Source: Tubiluchus corallicola (lineage: Eukaryota; Animalia; Priapulida). From it: DNA of 64,000 bases. A model generated the notes under the pieces. The model saw only the letters and a list, made by a program, of their open reading frames with translations. It had not been told where the DNA came from and did no database searches. How positions within the stretch are numbered: the stretch's first letter is position 1; each line of letters starts with the position of its first letter. Shown piece by piece: positions 13,239-24,714 of this stretch. The stretch is taken from assembly GCA_030141605.1 (NCBI GenBank), contig JAQGDQ010000751.1:37931-101930 (forward strand), read 5' to 3'. The position numbers and the translations under genes were made by a program.

Positions 13239-13600
13239 CAAAGCCGGATTATCATACAGGTTAGTATAGGCTGCAGCCTAGTGCCCTCTGCTAAAAGATT
13301 TTCAGAAAATCTGTTTTTAACTACTATTGTGTTGTGTTGAAATGTGTGCTGAGTTGGTTTGCAGTAAATAGTAAGAATTAATAGTGATGTTTCTTAAAGA
13401 ATATTTTTATTGTCAAACAAAAGATAGTTATTCTAGTTTATTTAAAGAATTTTCAATAAGTTTACTTCAAGCTTACTCTAAAATATGTCACGAGTAAAAA
13501 ATATTCAAGATCGGTGTGGACAAGTTAGAGAGTGGCTCTGACAGAGGGGTCCAATAATTTTATTATCCTGGAGGCCCCAAAAGGTTATAGTCCAACCCTG
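13239..13600. mobile_element. hAT-like MITE; related copy at ~35530-35823
   Basis: Ends CAAAGCCGGATTA / TAGTCCAACCCTG; internal sequence aligns by eye with 35530-35823. Confidence 0.55.
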
Positions 13601-13699
13601 GTTATATCTCATTTCTAATTAAGCCTGATTTTATTAGAGAGCTTGAGTCTTATGATAATTCACTAAAATGTTAATTTTAAGTACAAATTAATATTGCAG

Positions 13700-14177
13700 T
13701 TATGAGTCAAAGGGAAAGCAATGGGTGCAAAGTCAACCCTTGGGACCCATCGGACTACCAGAGGAGGACTTAAATCTACATAAATCTGATGTGCCAGTAA
13801 CTAAAACTGCCAAAAAGAATGCTCGAAAAAAAGAAAAACGAAAAGAGAAACATGCTGAAGAACTAAAGGAATCATTGCAAGTGCTAACAATAGAAGAACC
13901 TACTTTTGATGAAAGTGCATTACCTGAAGAAAATCTTGCAAAAACATCGAGTTCTGTCTCTAAAACAAAGATTAGTGAGAGTGTTTTGACTGAAAATAAG
14001 CCTAATGTAGAAAAGAAGTTAAAGAATCTTAAAAAGAAACTGAGACAAATCGAGGACCTCGAATTTAAAATAACTTCAGGAGCACTAGCAAAGCCGGATC
14101 CTGATCAAATAAAAAAGGTTCAACAGAAAGAAGTAATAATGGATGAAATTGAAAGTTTGGAGATGCTGCTAAGCTAA
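13700..14177 (+). CDS. PYM1: PYM1 terminal coding exon
   Basis: ttgcag acceptor; YESKGKQW, KTAKKNARKKEKRK and EKKLKNLKKKLRQIEDLE...PDPDQIKK C-terminal coiled-coil typical of PYM; ends TAA. Confidence 0.95.
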
Positions 14178-14260
14178 TGTTCTAGTGAATGCATGAAATA
14201 CTTATGTTGTGCTTCTTTTTATACAAATCATGCATGTACATGACTGTACATAATTGCATT

Positions 14261-15631
14261 TATTGGCGTACGGGGTGGGGGGTGGAGGGGGCAGACTGCC
14301 CCCAAATTTTCGGGACGCCCAAAATCGGGCAGAACTGCCCTTTACATTTTCAGAAAATAGTTTTTTCAACATCGAAATTGGTATTTTTTCAGATTTCAAT
14401 CGTCATCGCCTTATTTTTCCTGGAATTCAAATATGGCCCAAATCGTGAGAGAGTAATATTTATGCCATGCACCTGGATGCCCGAATCTTGATCTCACAGG
14501 AGGCGTCGTCCGCGCCGACTCCTGGTCCTGGACCGGCAGTGAGAGTGGTCTGGAAACAATTAGCATTCGCAAAATTGAAGATATACTAGTCGCTGGGTTC
14601 TCTGCAGGTCTCCGATGTTTACAAAACTCTTATCGCTTCCTTATCATCTTCGGTGCACGCGCATTGATTGTTCGCCAGCGATTATCAATTACAAATCCCC
14701 CATTATTTCATATTATTGACAAAATCTGGACTTTGTGCTTTCCGATTTCTGGTCCTTTATCTATTTAGGATCTGGACTCACTGCCTGTATTTTGTGCGCT
14801 CTTTGATTTTCTGGATTTTCCATGGTTTGCTTGGCGCTGAATGAGAGCTGAAACGTTTAAGGAGTCGCAATTATTTCAGAAACATCATAGATCTTTGCGG
14901 AAAGGGGCACAAAAATCAAAATGTTGCCTTTCTCGATTATCGTTGATGGTGTCAGTTCTCAGTTTTGCTTCATCTAGTCAGTTTGTCAAATTGCTTCTGT
15001 TGTCGACTTTGATGTGTAGATAGGGATCTCTCGTCAGAGGATTGTTTCTTCTGGATTAGTTTTAGATTCGTTGATTTTTGGTTTTTCGGAAGTGCTGCAT
15101 TTGTCATGACGCCCGATTCTAAGCATAAAAGATCATATCGCACTCGTGTTACTTGTCAGAAGTGCAAGAAAGAGATTGATTCTAACTACAAAAACGAACA
15201 TGTTAAGCGAATGCTCTGTCATCTCAGTCATTCAATGTTCACTGGAAGTAAACTGTTCTGTTCTGGAAGTTATCACCGCACTTCTGGTTCTTAGGACACT
15301 GTTCATACCATAATCAATGACAATCTTTGAAACCTAATGATCCAGGTGCTTGTGCATAATCAAACAAGCACAGCTTATCAAGCTATCTGGCCATATAGGT
15401 CATATCATGTGTTGTGCATCACATTTCAATATGGCTAATAAATAATATTGATCAGCTTCATGAGTTCAGTCTTATGTCATCGGAAATGACGCCTTTTTGT
15501 ATTCGTTATCTGGAATTTAGTAAGGTTGTACTTGTTGAAACGGAGGCCTAAAAATCGGGTGAAATTCTAAGAATTCGGGCAAAGAATCCTCTGCCCCCCC
15601 CCCCCAAATTCAGGGACCCCGTATACTTATG
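14261..15631. mobile_element. Non-autonomous hAT element just downstream of PYM1 stop
   Basis: Perfect 8 bp TSD ATTGCATT (14253-14260, 15632-15639); TIRs TATTGGCGTACGGGG / CCCCGTATACTTATG; internal CQKC...H remnant at 15106+. Confidence 0.85.
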
Positions 15632-16380
15632 ATTGCATTTACTTGGAGTATTATAGTCATTCACAGTGAGAAAGAAATTTTAGTTATTACAAAATTTTCT
15701 TATTGAAATTAAGCTTTAGAAAATTTGAAAAGTTATATACTACAAGAGTTGCAATCAGCAAAATTTTTAAAAATGTTTGTAATCTAAACAGTGAAGAATT
15801 CAACGTCACACGTCACATAGACATTTAAAATGAAAATATCTATGGCTTCCTATCCCATCTTTGATTTGATAATATTTGTGTTGACAAATCTTGTCTTTTT
15901 TGAAGCATTTAGATCACTAAATAGAATTTTAAATTTTACCATTTAATAACATTTATGGTCATTTGTAGGTGAGTGAGCAAAGTACCTTGGTTTGAGAAGT
16001 GACATTCCAGCCCAAAAATTTTAGTACATCTTTGTACTTTAAATACATTTATTTTCCTGGAAAAAAAATATGACAAAATTCTTTACAAGCAATTTTTTCG
16101 AATCCGTTTATTAAAACTGTCATTTCATCATATTACTTTTGCGAAATTAAATTCCGTATAAAAAGTAGTATACACGTAGTTTCACATGTATTATTTTGCA
16201 ATTATAACATAATTATTGGAATTTCAGCAAATTGCTGATCTTATTATAATGAGTATTTAAGTTTCTGCTAACTTGCCAATAATAGAGCTGAGTTCCTAAA
16301 ATTATTATAAGCTGTCAAGACTTCATGAAATGAATCAACAATTATTGTCTTTGTGACAATTTATATTTTAGTTTTCACAC

Positions 16381-16649
16381 TAAAATTAACAATGAATGTC
16401 AGAATGAAACACAGCACAAAAATTTTTTCATGTGAATGTACACGTACAGCCACATGTAGGCTTGCGTCCAGGCTGGATTTCTGATTAGCTTTTTAATTAA
16501 ACAAGTACGTAATGTATAACCGTAAGCAATAAACCTTGTTTAATTTATAGTTGTAGACAATAATGCAAGCCTACACGTGGCTGTACGTGTACATTCACAT
16601 GAAAAAATATTTGTGCTGTGTCTCATTCTGACATTCATTGTTAATTTTA
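16381..16649. repeat. Long inverted repeat (85 bp arms, ~99 bp loop)
   Basis: 16381-16465 is the near-perfect reverse complement of 16565-16649. Confidence 0.9.
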
Positions 16650-18146
16650 TTTCTATTCAAAATAATGTGGACTAAAAGTGAACAACAACTTTTTTCATTA
16701 TCCTGCCATAGTACATTTATGGCAAAAACCTTTAATTCCACCCCCTCTAGAATTTAGCTATTACATTATTTTCGTAAGATGGACAAGAGGTTTTATATAA
16801 GTATAGATAAGTAATGCTGTGTACTCTCTTCATCATTAGTGAAATACAACCACTAATGAGACTAGCTTCTATATTTAAATACTGACTTTTTACAAACGAA
16901 ATAAAAATAAGCATACATTAACTTTTTCATGTTTGCATTTTAGCTAATCACACTTGGTATTCGGCTGCTTAAATAACAACATAGCATACTTAGGATTTTA
17001 CGCAACAAAATGTTGGTCATGTGATGCATTTTCTGTTGCTTGGATTCATTGTATGCCGAGCCTAACGAAAGAATTGGAATATCCGAAATACATACATAAT
17101 GATTATCTCATGAAACCAAAAAATGTAGGCAGGTGGATTGTTAGCAATGCAGCAGTTATATAATGTCAATCACTTTCAATTACTACATTACTATAAAGCT
17201 GCCCTGTAAGAGAAAATGTTTTAACAATTTTTTGAATATCCCAATTCTGTTACCACAAAGTTGTTACAGCTTTTAATCAGAACTTGTAGTAGGTCCTAGA
17301 TTCACCCTCTATATACATTTCATGGTAGGTCTATTATACTGTTGTTCATGTTAATGCAAGGCTTATCAAAGACTGTTTTCCCACATATATATTTATGCCC
17401 CATACATGTCACGTACATACCCCAGTGAATCTCAACTCTTATGTTACCTCTTGTTGCTTCTGCAGCAACACTTTATTAATGTACAATTAATGTACCTGTA
17501 TCATGAATTTGCTTAGCAATTAAAATTGAAAAATTAACCATACATATAACTATGTACATACAACAAGTCATCAACGATCATTTCTTAGCTTATATATTTT
17601 TAATGCTATGTTTTTCGCAGTTTTTACACACATTTATACAGAATAAGCTATATAACTGTACAGTCAGTCCTCACTCGCTCAACTTCCATTTGGCGATGAT
17701 TAGTTATAACATCAAGGAAATGTTGCTACCGGTTGTCTCACTTAGCAAGTCATAATACATATTAACAAAATTGTTCAGCAATCATTAAACCTACTTTTAA
17801 AAACACTTAATGTGAGAATATGTATTAATGCTGTTTGTTAAATGCAATGAAACTATCACACAGGAAATCATAAGTCCAAAATATTAATAATAAACAAGTC
17901 GAGAATAAATCATAAGTAGCAGTGAAAATTGCCTGTAAAAGATGAGTCAAAAAGATAATGATAAAATCATGGCCCTGTTGTGAAGCTGTTTACGCAATAC
18001 AGGTTAAGCACATGACAAAAAAGAATAAAGAAAATACCCATTGATTCAATAGAGCTAAAACTTTTTGGGAATGATGTAACTTTTGCAAGTATGTTTCAGT
18101 AGTAATTACAGTTTGTGAAATGCTTTAGCAGTAATAGTTACTAATT

Positions 18147-18190
18147 CTACTGTTGTGATGACAATCTTCCTCCTTGCTGCTCAGATTCTT
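18147..18190 (-). CDS. BLOC1S1: Candidate BLOC1S1 terminal exon (E)ESEQQGGRLSSQQ* reached by a GC-AG intron
   Basis: ctaat branch-like site, T-rich tract and tttttag acceptor; frame matches the AAAG|gcaagt donor at 21121/21120. Confidence 0.6.
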
Positions 18191-18344
18191 CTAAAAATGA
18201 ATAAAATGCCATGAATATAAATTAGTAAAGCTATATGAGTAATAACAATTTCATTGCAGCAAACGCCTTATCATACGATAAAATGCCTGCTAATTGATAA
18301 GTTGTTGCATTTTTAGCTCTATTTTCAATAATAAAGTCCAACAT

Positions 18345-20824
18345 AAGTATAATCCATTTATAACAGGCTTCAATAGACCATGAAAATTTGCTCGCTATAA
18401 CTAAGTCTCGTTATAGCCCAGGTCAAGTGCCTGAGCATACGAACAAGATAGAAATAAAGCCTATAAGGCAAATATGATGTAATGATGAAAGGAGCCCTTT
18501 CTTTTAAGACTGGTACACGTTTCTTAATTGCCACCATTCTGTAACTATTTTATCACAAAAGAGTGAATTTATAGTGTTCAGATACTGTTATTTCTAGGAT
18601 TACATCAGTACATGCAATAAATAAAATCGCATAGAATAGTGCGAGTTGCATTTCTAACTTATCACTGCTGCGATTCATTGTGTTGTCTGCTGATAGGTAA
18701 GTGTGTTTTACATTGTTGTTACAGTACACACATTTAACTGCTCTGCTCTGTGAAAGTGGCAAGACCTTGGAAGCCTGTGTGAAAGGAAACGGCTGGTTTT
18801 TATGCCAGCATACATATTTAAATAGCTGTGTAAGTGCAATATCATTTATAATTATAAGCACTTCAGCCTGGACCTGCATCAGTTAATAATCAAGTTTACA
18901 GTCTGATTTGATTAGCCTACGTGTATTTATTTAAAACAGTATTATTATAAAAATTAAACTTTGAAAAATCATTTATTTTGCAAGTCAGAACAGATTTTTT
19001 TTAAAAACTCAGTTATTTTTGCTTGCTTCACATCAGACTGTAGCATTGTTTTATTTAAGAAGCTGTCAAATTTTGACAGACATGAGAAAATATCATTATC
19101 AGATGCCCGTGCTGATTCAAAAAATAGCTGTAATTTAGCAATAGCTTCTACTTAAACTAACCTGTTAGCAAACTGCTTCTTCTGCATCTGAATCATCTTC
19201 ATCACTAGAATCAATCAGAAACTTCTGCAAAAGTTTCTTTCATAATCATTTCATCACCCATTGGAGAAGCAGTCTTCATATAGCCAGCAACTTGCACATA
19301 ATTTTGGGCAGCTCTAATCCCAGCATTGTTTTCAAGGTTGTAATAATCACCCGGTATTTCAAAAATGTTTGTGAATCCGTGATTCAATTCAGTTTCAACC
19401 TGAACGTCTTGCACACTATTAAGCTTTTGTGTCCTGCAAATCAACTTTAGCAAAACTTGCCTTATGAAAACAATTGCTTATCATTTGAGGTTGCACGTCA
19501 TTTTCCCACACAGATCTTGCCCAGCATATACACTGCACAAGATCAATGCTAAACTGATCAACAGCATGTTTCTCAACAAACGCCAGCATTTTACTTAGGA
19601 TCCACTTGCGATAATGTATTTTACAGTTTTGAATGATTCTGCGCAATTGCAACTTGCTTGTACAGTTAGGTGGAAGAAATACCTGTTCAACTGCATTTAG
19701 TTTTGCTGTCAAATCTGCGTCATGAGCACTGCAGTTATCAACCACTAACAGCACTTTTCTCTTCCCCCACGTCAACTTCTTATACAAGTCTAGAAGCCAC
19801 TCTTAGAAAATTTCTCCAGTCATCCATGCTTTCTTATTTGCATGATAGATCACAGGCAGTTTTTGTACATTCTTACAACACCGCAGTTTTGCCGATTTTC
19901 CAGTTTCTAACACAGGCACTTTTTCTGTGCCAAACATATTTCCTGCAATCATTACTGTTAACCGCTCTGGCAGTAACTTAAAAAAAGACCAGTTTCGTCT
20001 GCCTTAAAATGTCTTCTTATCTTGACAATAACTTTGGCAATCTATTTTTAAGCAGTCATTAACTGACTTCTCCTGTACAGTATTGGCTTCTGCGCAAATA
20101 CGATGAAAAGTGACACCCTTACATTTTTTAAAACAATCAAGCAACCCATCTGAACAATTGAAAGTCAATCCCATGCTACTGGCAAGTTTGTTTGTGTTCT
20201 CTTTAGAAAGCAGCCCACTTACAGGACCCCCTTTACTTCGTACTTGCAGCCAAATGAAAAGTGCATCTTCCACATCTTCGAAAGTTGATTTCCTCATCTG
20301 TTTACTGTATTCACCAAATCTTTTTCGGATAAAATTTTTCGTTGTTTTTTATTATGGTTGATACAGTGCTAGAAGAGAATCTGCAAATTTTTATATTTTT
20401 CATGCCACTTTCGACTTTACGCAGTATCTCTCTTTTCACTTCTATTGATATTGCATTTCGTGCGCGTTTGATGCTGCTATGAACTTACAATTGCAGCAGC
20501 GCACGTAGACCCACCAACACATCTGCATGTACACACATATGTACTTAACACACATTGTTTTTTGTGCGATCAATAAATTGATCCCCACAGTGACTTTTGT
20601 GACATTTTCCAGTATTTTAGAACTTGCGCTCGTTATATGCAGGGGAAATACAATCAGAGGATGGAAATATTCCCTCGTATTAAGCAAGATCTTGCAATAT
20701 CATAGTTCACTGTAAGCAAAGTTTAAATGTATTATTTAAGCCTAAGATTTGGCGGTACTTTGAAATTTGCTCATAATAACCAGAGGCTCGTTATAACAGG
20801 CCTTGTCATAAGTGGATTATACTG
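18345..20824 (-). mobile_element. Full-length but decayed Tigger/pogo DNA transposon
   Basis: TIRs AGTATAATCCATTTATAACAGG / CTTGTCATAAGTGGATTATACTG|TA; CENP-B HTH remnant (STFEDVEDALFIW, 20004-20297) and DDE remnant (KVLLVVDNCSAH, VFLPPNCTSKLQ, 19419-19787); stops and frameshifts. Confidence 0.88.
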
Positions 20825-20869
20825 TACTATTACAGCAAAATAATTGGGGGCTATTTAATATCAGAAATA

Positions 20870-21003
20870 CAGTCAAACCTCTTTATACCACCTACTTGGG
20901 GACTGCAAAAAGGTTTGGCATTATAACGAGGTTCATTAGTACATACATGTCTATGCAAAGATATTTTGTTTTGCTAAGAATGTGGGCATTAAGCGAGGTT
21001 TGT
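20870..21003. mobile_element. Short Tigger-like MITE (copy of 8233-8385 family)
   Basis: TA|CAGTCAAACCTCTTTATACCACCTACTTGGGGACTGCAAAAA closely resembles the 8233 copy. Confidence 0.6.
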
Positions 21004-21112
21004 CTGAGTGATTTGGTAATTTTTCTGTTATTTGAAAAGTAAGTTAGCATGACACTTGAGGCTGTTACAAGACCATTATTATCTGTATAAGATTTTAACC
21101 TTTAAATGTGAT

Positions 21113-21205
21113 TTACTTGCCTTTATAGACATACTCCAATGCATTGGCAATTGTTCTCATATCAGTCTCAATGCTTTTTGACCAGTTTTCAACATCTCCA
21201 ATTTC
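21113..21205 (-). CDS. BLOC1S1: BLOC1S1 coding exon 4 (ends at 21121 if the GC donor is used)
   Basis: tatag acceptor; [30 protein letters not shown], matching the BLOC1S1 C-terminus. Confidence 0.95.
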   Translation of the reverse strand, partial: EIGDVENWSKSIETDMRTIANALEYVYKGK

Positions 21206-21409
21206 CTATAAAATGCAGTAAAAAGGCGCCATGAATTATTTTAAAGCACAAGAAAACCTTTTACTTACATAAAAGTGGAAAATTCTTCTTAAAATTTTGC
21301 ACCACCTATAAACTGCCTTATTGTGCATTAGAGTTTGTACTTGTACAACTGTATAAAACTTGAAAATTTAAACTTCAGTGATCAGCAGGATCATACAAAG
21401 TTTTACAAT

Positions 21410-21850
21410 AGCCATGACATAAGCATAGTTTCTAAGTATTCATACATCAGCCATAAACACAGTTGCTAAATATCCATCAATAGGACTAAGATGCAAATTA
21501 AATTACATTAATTTGGAAAAAAATGTTATCATGTAAATGGAAATGCTCTGGTGATGCTATGTAATATAACTTTGTGTGGAAAGCTTTTTCTGGGATATAC
21601 TTTAAAATTATCTTTTCTTCCACTTAAAGTTTTACTTCCACAAAAAACACACAACTTCCAAAACTATGTGAAATCACAATGCACATTATAATACAAACCA
21701 ATTCATGTACATTATGGAAAGTCAGCAAGGTCGTACGAAGCTTTACCACAACAATGACATAAGCACTGTTTCTATGTATTCATCAATAGGACTTAGATGC
21801 AAATTAATTAACAAGTGCCAAAAAAATCTTACCATATACATGGGAAATCT
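21410..21850 (+). repeat. Local ~100-130 bp direct duplication in BLOC1S1 intron
   Basis: ATGACATAAGCA...CATCAATAGGACT(A/T)AGATGCAAATTAA at ~21414-21501 and ~21754-21807. Confidence 0.65.
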
Positions 21851-22180
21851 AGTTGCAAATTGGACTTTAGTGGCAAAGTGAATAAGCACTGTGTTTTTAA
21901 TTCTAAAAGTAATAAGTTAAAAAAGCATACATAGCAAAAAACAAATTAAAAAAAAACAAGAATCAGTAAAATATGCACAGAATTTTCAATTGTATATTGT
22001 AAGTTACAATAACTTGTGGCACGCGATTCAGCATTGCAAATGAGAAAATTCACACCAGTTGCACGATATCACTTGAAAATTGTAAACTTCAATAATTTGT
22101 TCTTCTGCAATGAAAAAATACATTGCTGAAGTTAACAAGAGATCATAAAGAGATCCAGAGATTATGGAGATCAATATTAC

Positions 22181-22313
22181 CTTCAAAGCTTGATTGAATC
22201 CTTCGACTAGTTTCAACCATTGTGTAGTTTGTCTAGAAAACTGAGTAGCATTCAGCTGAAGCAACTTTGCCTCTGTATCAAGTCTTTTCTGATTAAGATA
22301 TGCTTGTGATACA
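22181..22313 (-). CDS. BLOC1S1: BLOC1S1 coding exon 3
   Basis: tttag|...AAG|gtaata; VSQAYLNQKRLDTEAKLLQLNATQFSRQTTQWLKLVEGFNQALK. Confidence 0.95.
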
Positions 22314-22558
22314 CTAAACGACAGACAGACAAAAAACATTACCAACTTTACTTGTGAATTGGCTGTCTTGCTGTTTCTCTCAGCTATTTTTAACTTATTC
22401 TGTTTCATAACATTCTGAAAAATGAATATATTGATATTTAAAATGAAAAAAGGCATTACTATTGCTGCACATTTCTGTAATAAGTAATGCTTGACTAAAA
22501 ATGAAATACAAATGAACAAACAAAACATGCTGCCTACTACTTTCATTATCATACATAC

Positions 22559-22631
22559 CCAGCATTTAAATGATCTACTAGAGCATGTGTTACTGCTGCT
22601 GCACATTCATTGGCTTCTTTTTTTAATTTTT
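22559..22631 (-). CDS. BLOC1S1: BLOC1S1 coding exon 2
   Basis: ttccag|...GG|gtatgt; EKLKKEANECAAAVTHALVDHLNAG; phases 1 and 2 fit neighbours. Confidence 0.93.
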
Positions 22632-22913
22632 CTGGAAACAGGGATACAGTTTACAAACATAGGTTACCATTTATATTATAGGTTGATAAACATTTACTGA
22701 TACGACACATCAAGCTACAAGGCAATCACTTTACTAACTAAGCATGAAAATATATAAAATTTCATTGTATTAACTTAGTGTGACAGCTTTGATCAAGCTT
22801 AGAATAGGCTCAGTAGGTCCTACTAGTAATATTACGAATGTGGTCAGTCATCGATCATTAACTATAATGTTATGGATAAACCCATTTTTTGTGGTTTATA
22901 AAAACAGACATAC

Positions 22914-22974
22914 CTTGGACCTCTTTTCTAGCCTGTTGTTTAGCTTGGTGCTGTTTTGCAAGTGAGGACAACAT
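22914..22974 (-). CDS. BLOC1S1: BLOC1S1 (BLOC-1 subunit 1, GCN5L1) coding exon 1
   Basis: MLSSLAKQHQAKQQARKEVQ then G|gtatgt; resembles human MLSRLLKEHQAKQNERKELQ; upstream acceptor at ~23032 implies a 5' UTR intron. Confidence 0.93.
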
Positions 22975-24714
22975 GATCACTCACGTTTTACCGACTACAG
23001 CAAACTTCAAATGGTTAAGTTGTTCATCATCCTACGAAAAAAATATAAAACTATATAAAAATATAATATATATGGAAAACACCTTTTTGGCTTTGACAAT
23101 GAATCAATAACAATAACCAACACAACTTTTTCATATTAGTATCTAACAATTTGATTGTCTGAAATCATTTAAAAAAAGGTTGGTAAATAAGATACATGTT
23201 GACGATTTTTGTATGAGTTAAAATGCACACTGAATTTATGTCTGCAATATTTATTTAGGCATGGGACGAAAACGCCACCTCATTCGCTGTTCGTATTACA
23301 AGTGTAGTGTTAGTACTCACAGTATTATATATATTAATTGAATGTTTAGCTTAATTTAGAGCAACTGGTCTAACATACACTGTTTAGTTCCTTATAGATG
23401 CTTACACTAGCTCGAAAAGGACCAACTGAGCACTTCACTGTTTGCAATACAAGTGTAGTGTTAATACTCACAATACTATATGTGTGCTTGCAAGCCAAAA
23501 CCGTCCATAAGTCCGCATAGTTAAAACTATGTTACGATACTTAAAAGTAGAAAGCACCAAAATTTGGTCAAAAATATCGATTTTTTATTTTTATGAAAAC
23601 AAATGCTAAATATATTGAACTTTTCTAACATCAAATTATCAGGAAAATGTCCAAAAAATATGAAAAATCTAATTTTGTAACTTCTTACACAGTTTTCTGT
23701 CTAGAAACTAGTTATGCAATTGTAAAAACTTGTATTTTCTAACTCTGATTATAGCCCGTGGAAGAGCCATTTTGCTTCGGGTTTTTTCTGTTGACAAGAC
23801 CAGATCTTCATCAGGAAGAGCCACCTACTGGATTTAAACGTAACTTCAATTTGCTCTTGTAAAATCCATAGCAACCACACTTTCGATAAGTTGCTAAGTG
23901 TTTTGTCGAGACACGATAGAAAACAATGGCTGATTTTAACAGCATTTTTCTCAAGATTAGGTTTTTCAGTGCACCTCAAATTCAACCTGGATTATCTCAG
24001 CTTTGAAATAACATAGGCCAATGAGCACATAATTAATGTTATCGGGCAATGGACGAGGATTCCCACAAAGTCTAGACAAAAGGGCAGCCTGATTTTTAGC
24101 TGAACACAGAAAAGAGCCTAGTTGGACGTCGGCACTGGAGCTCAAACTATCGAATGCTACCTTCCTGTGTCCAAACGGCGGTGCCCATATGTTCTGTCCC
24201 CTTTAATCTAGACTTTATGCCTGGGGTAACTGCATCTCATTTCGGGTATTCGAATTGTTTCCAGTGGCTGAGGGTTAACAGTTGTAGAGGGGTTAACTCT
24301 TTGGTAGTTCTAACTAGTGCAGCGCATACATGTGCTAGTATTTGAAACATACCCCTTTTGAGGTAATGTTCCTTATTCGCTGTCTATGGCAGATATCCTA
24401 ACATTATATTTAGCAGAAAATTTTAGTCTTACTTGCAGATTCAATTTCTCTGGCTTTAGGATTTATCACTGATTCGCATTGCAAGAGTTCACCAAGACAT
24501 CATCATCATACTCCCGTCACGTCTATTGTAGACATTGGGCAGGCAGAATTCTAAACTATAAGAAGACAGCGGTGATTGTGACACTAGACAATACCGGACA
24601 TCTTTCAAATGCGTTAGAAAAAATGATATTTGCCCTTGCGATACTCGACTCTCTCCACCTATCAGAGGCGGGCACCTTTATAGGGTGCTAAGTCTGTTCT
24701 TCTATAACGCCGAT

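Noticed and set aside
22028-22606. 192 aa ORF as a single-exon gene
   Set aside because: Only 22181-22313 is in the BLOC1S1 frame; the rest is intronic or out-of-frame exon sequence bounded by clear splice sites
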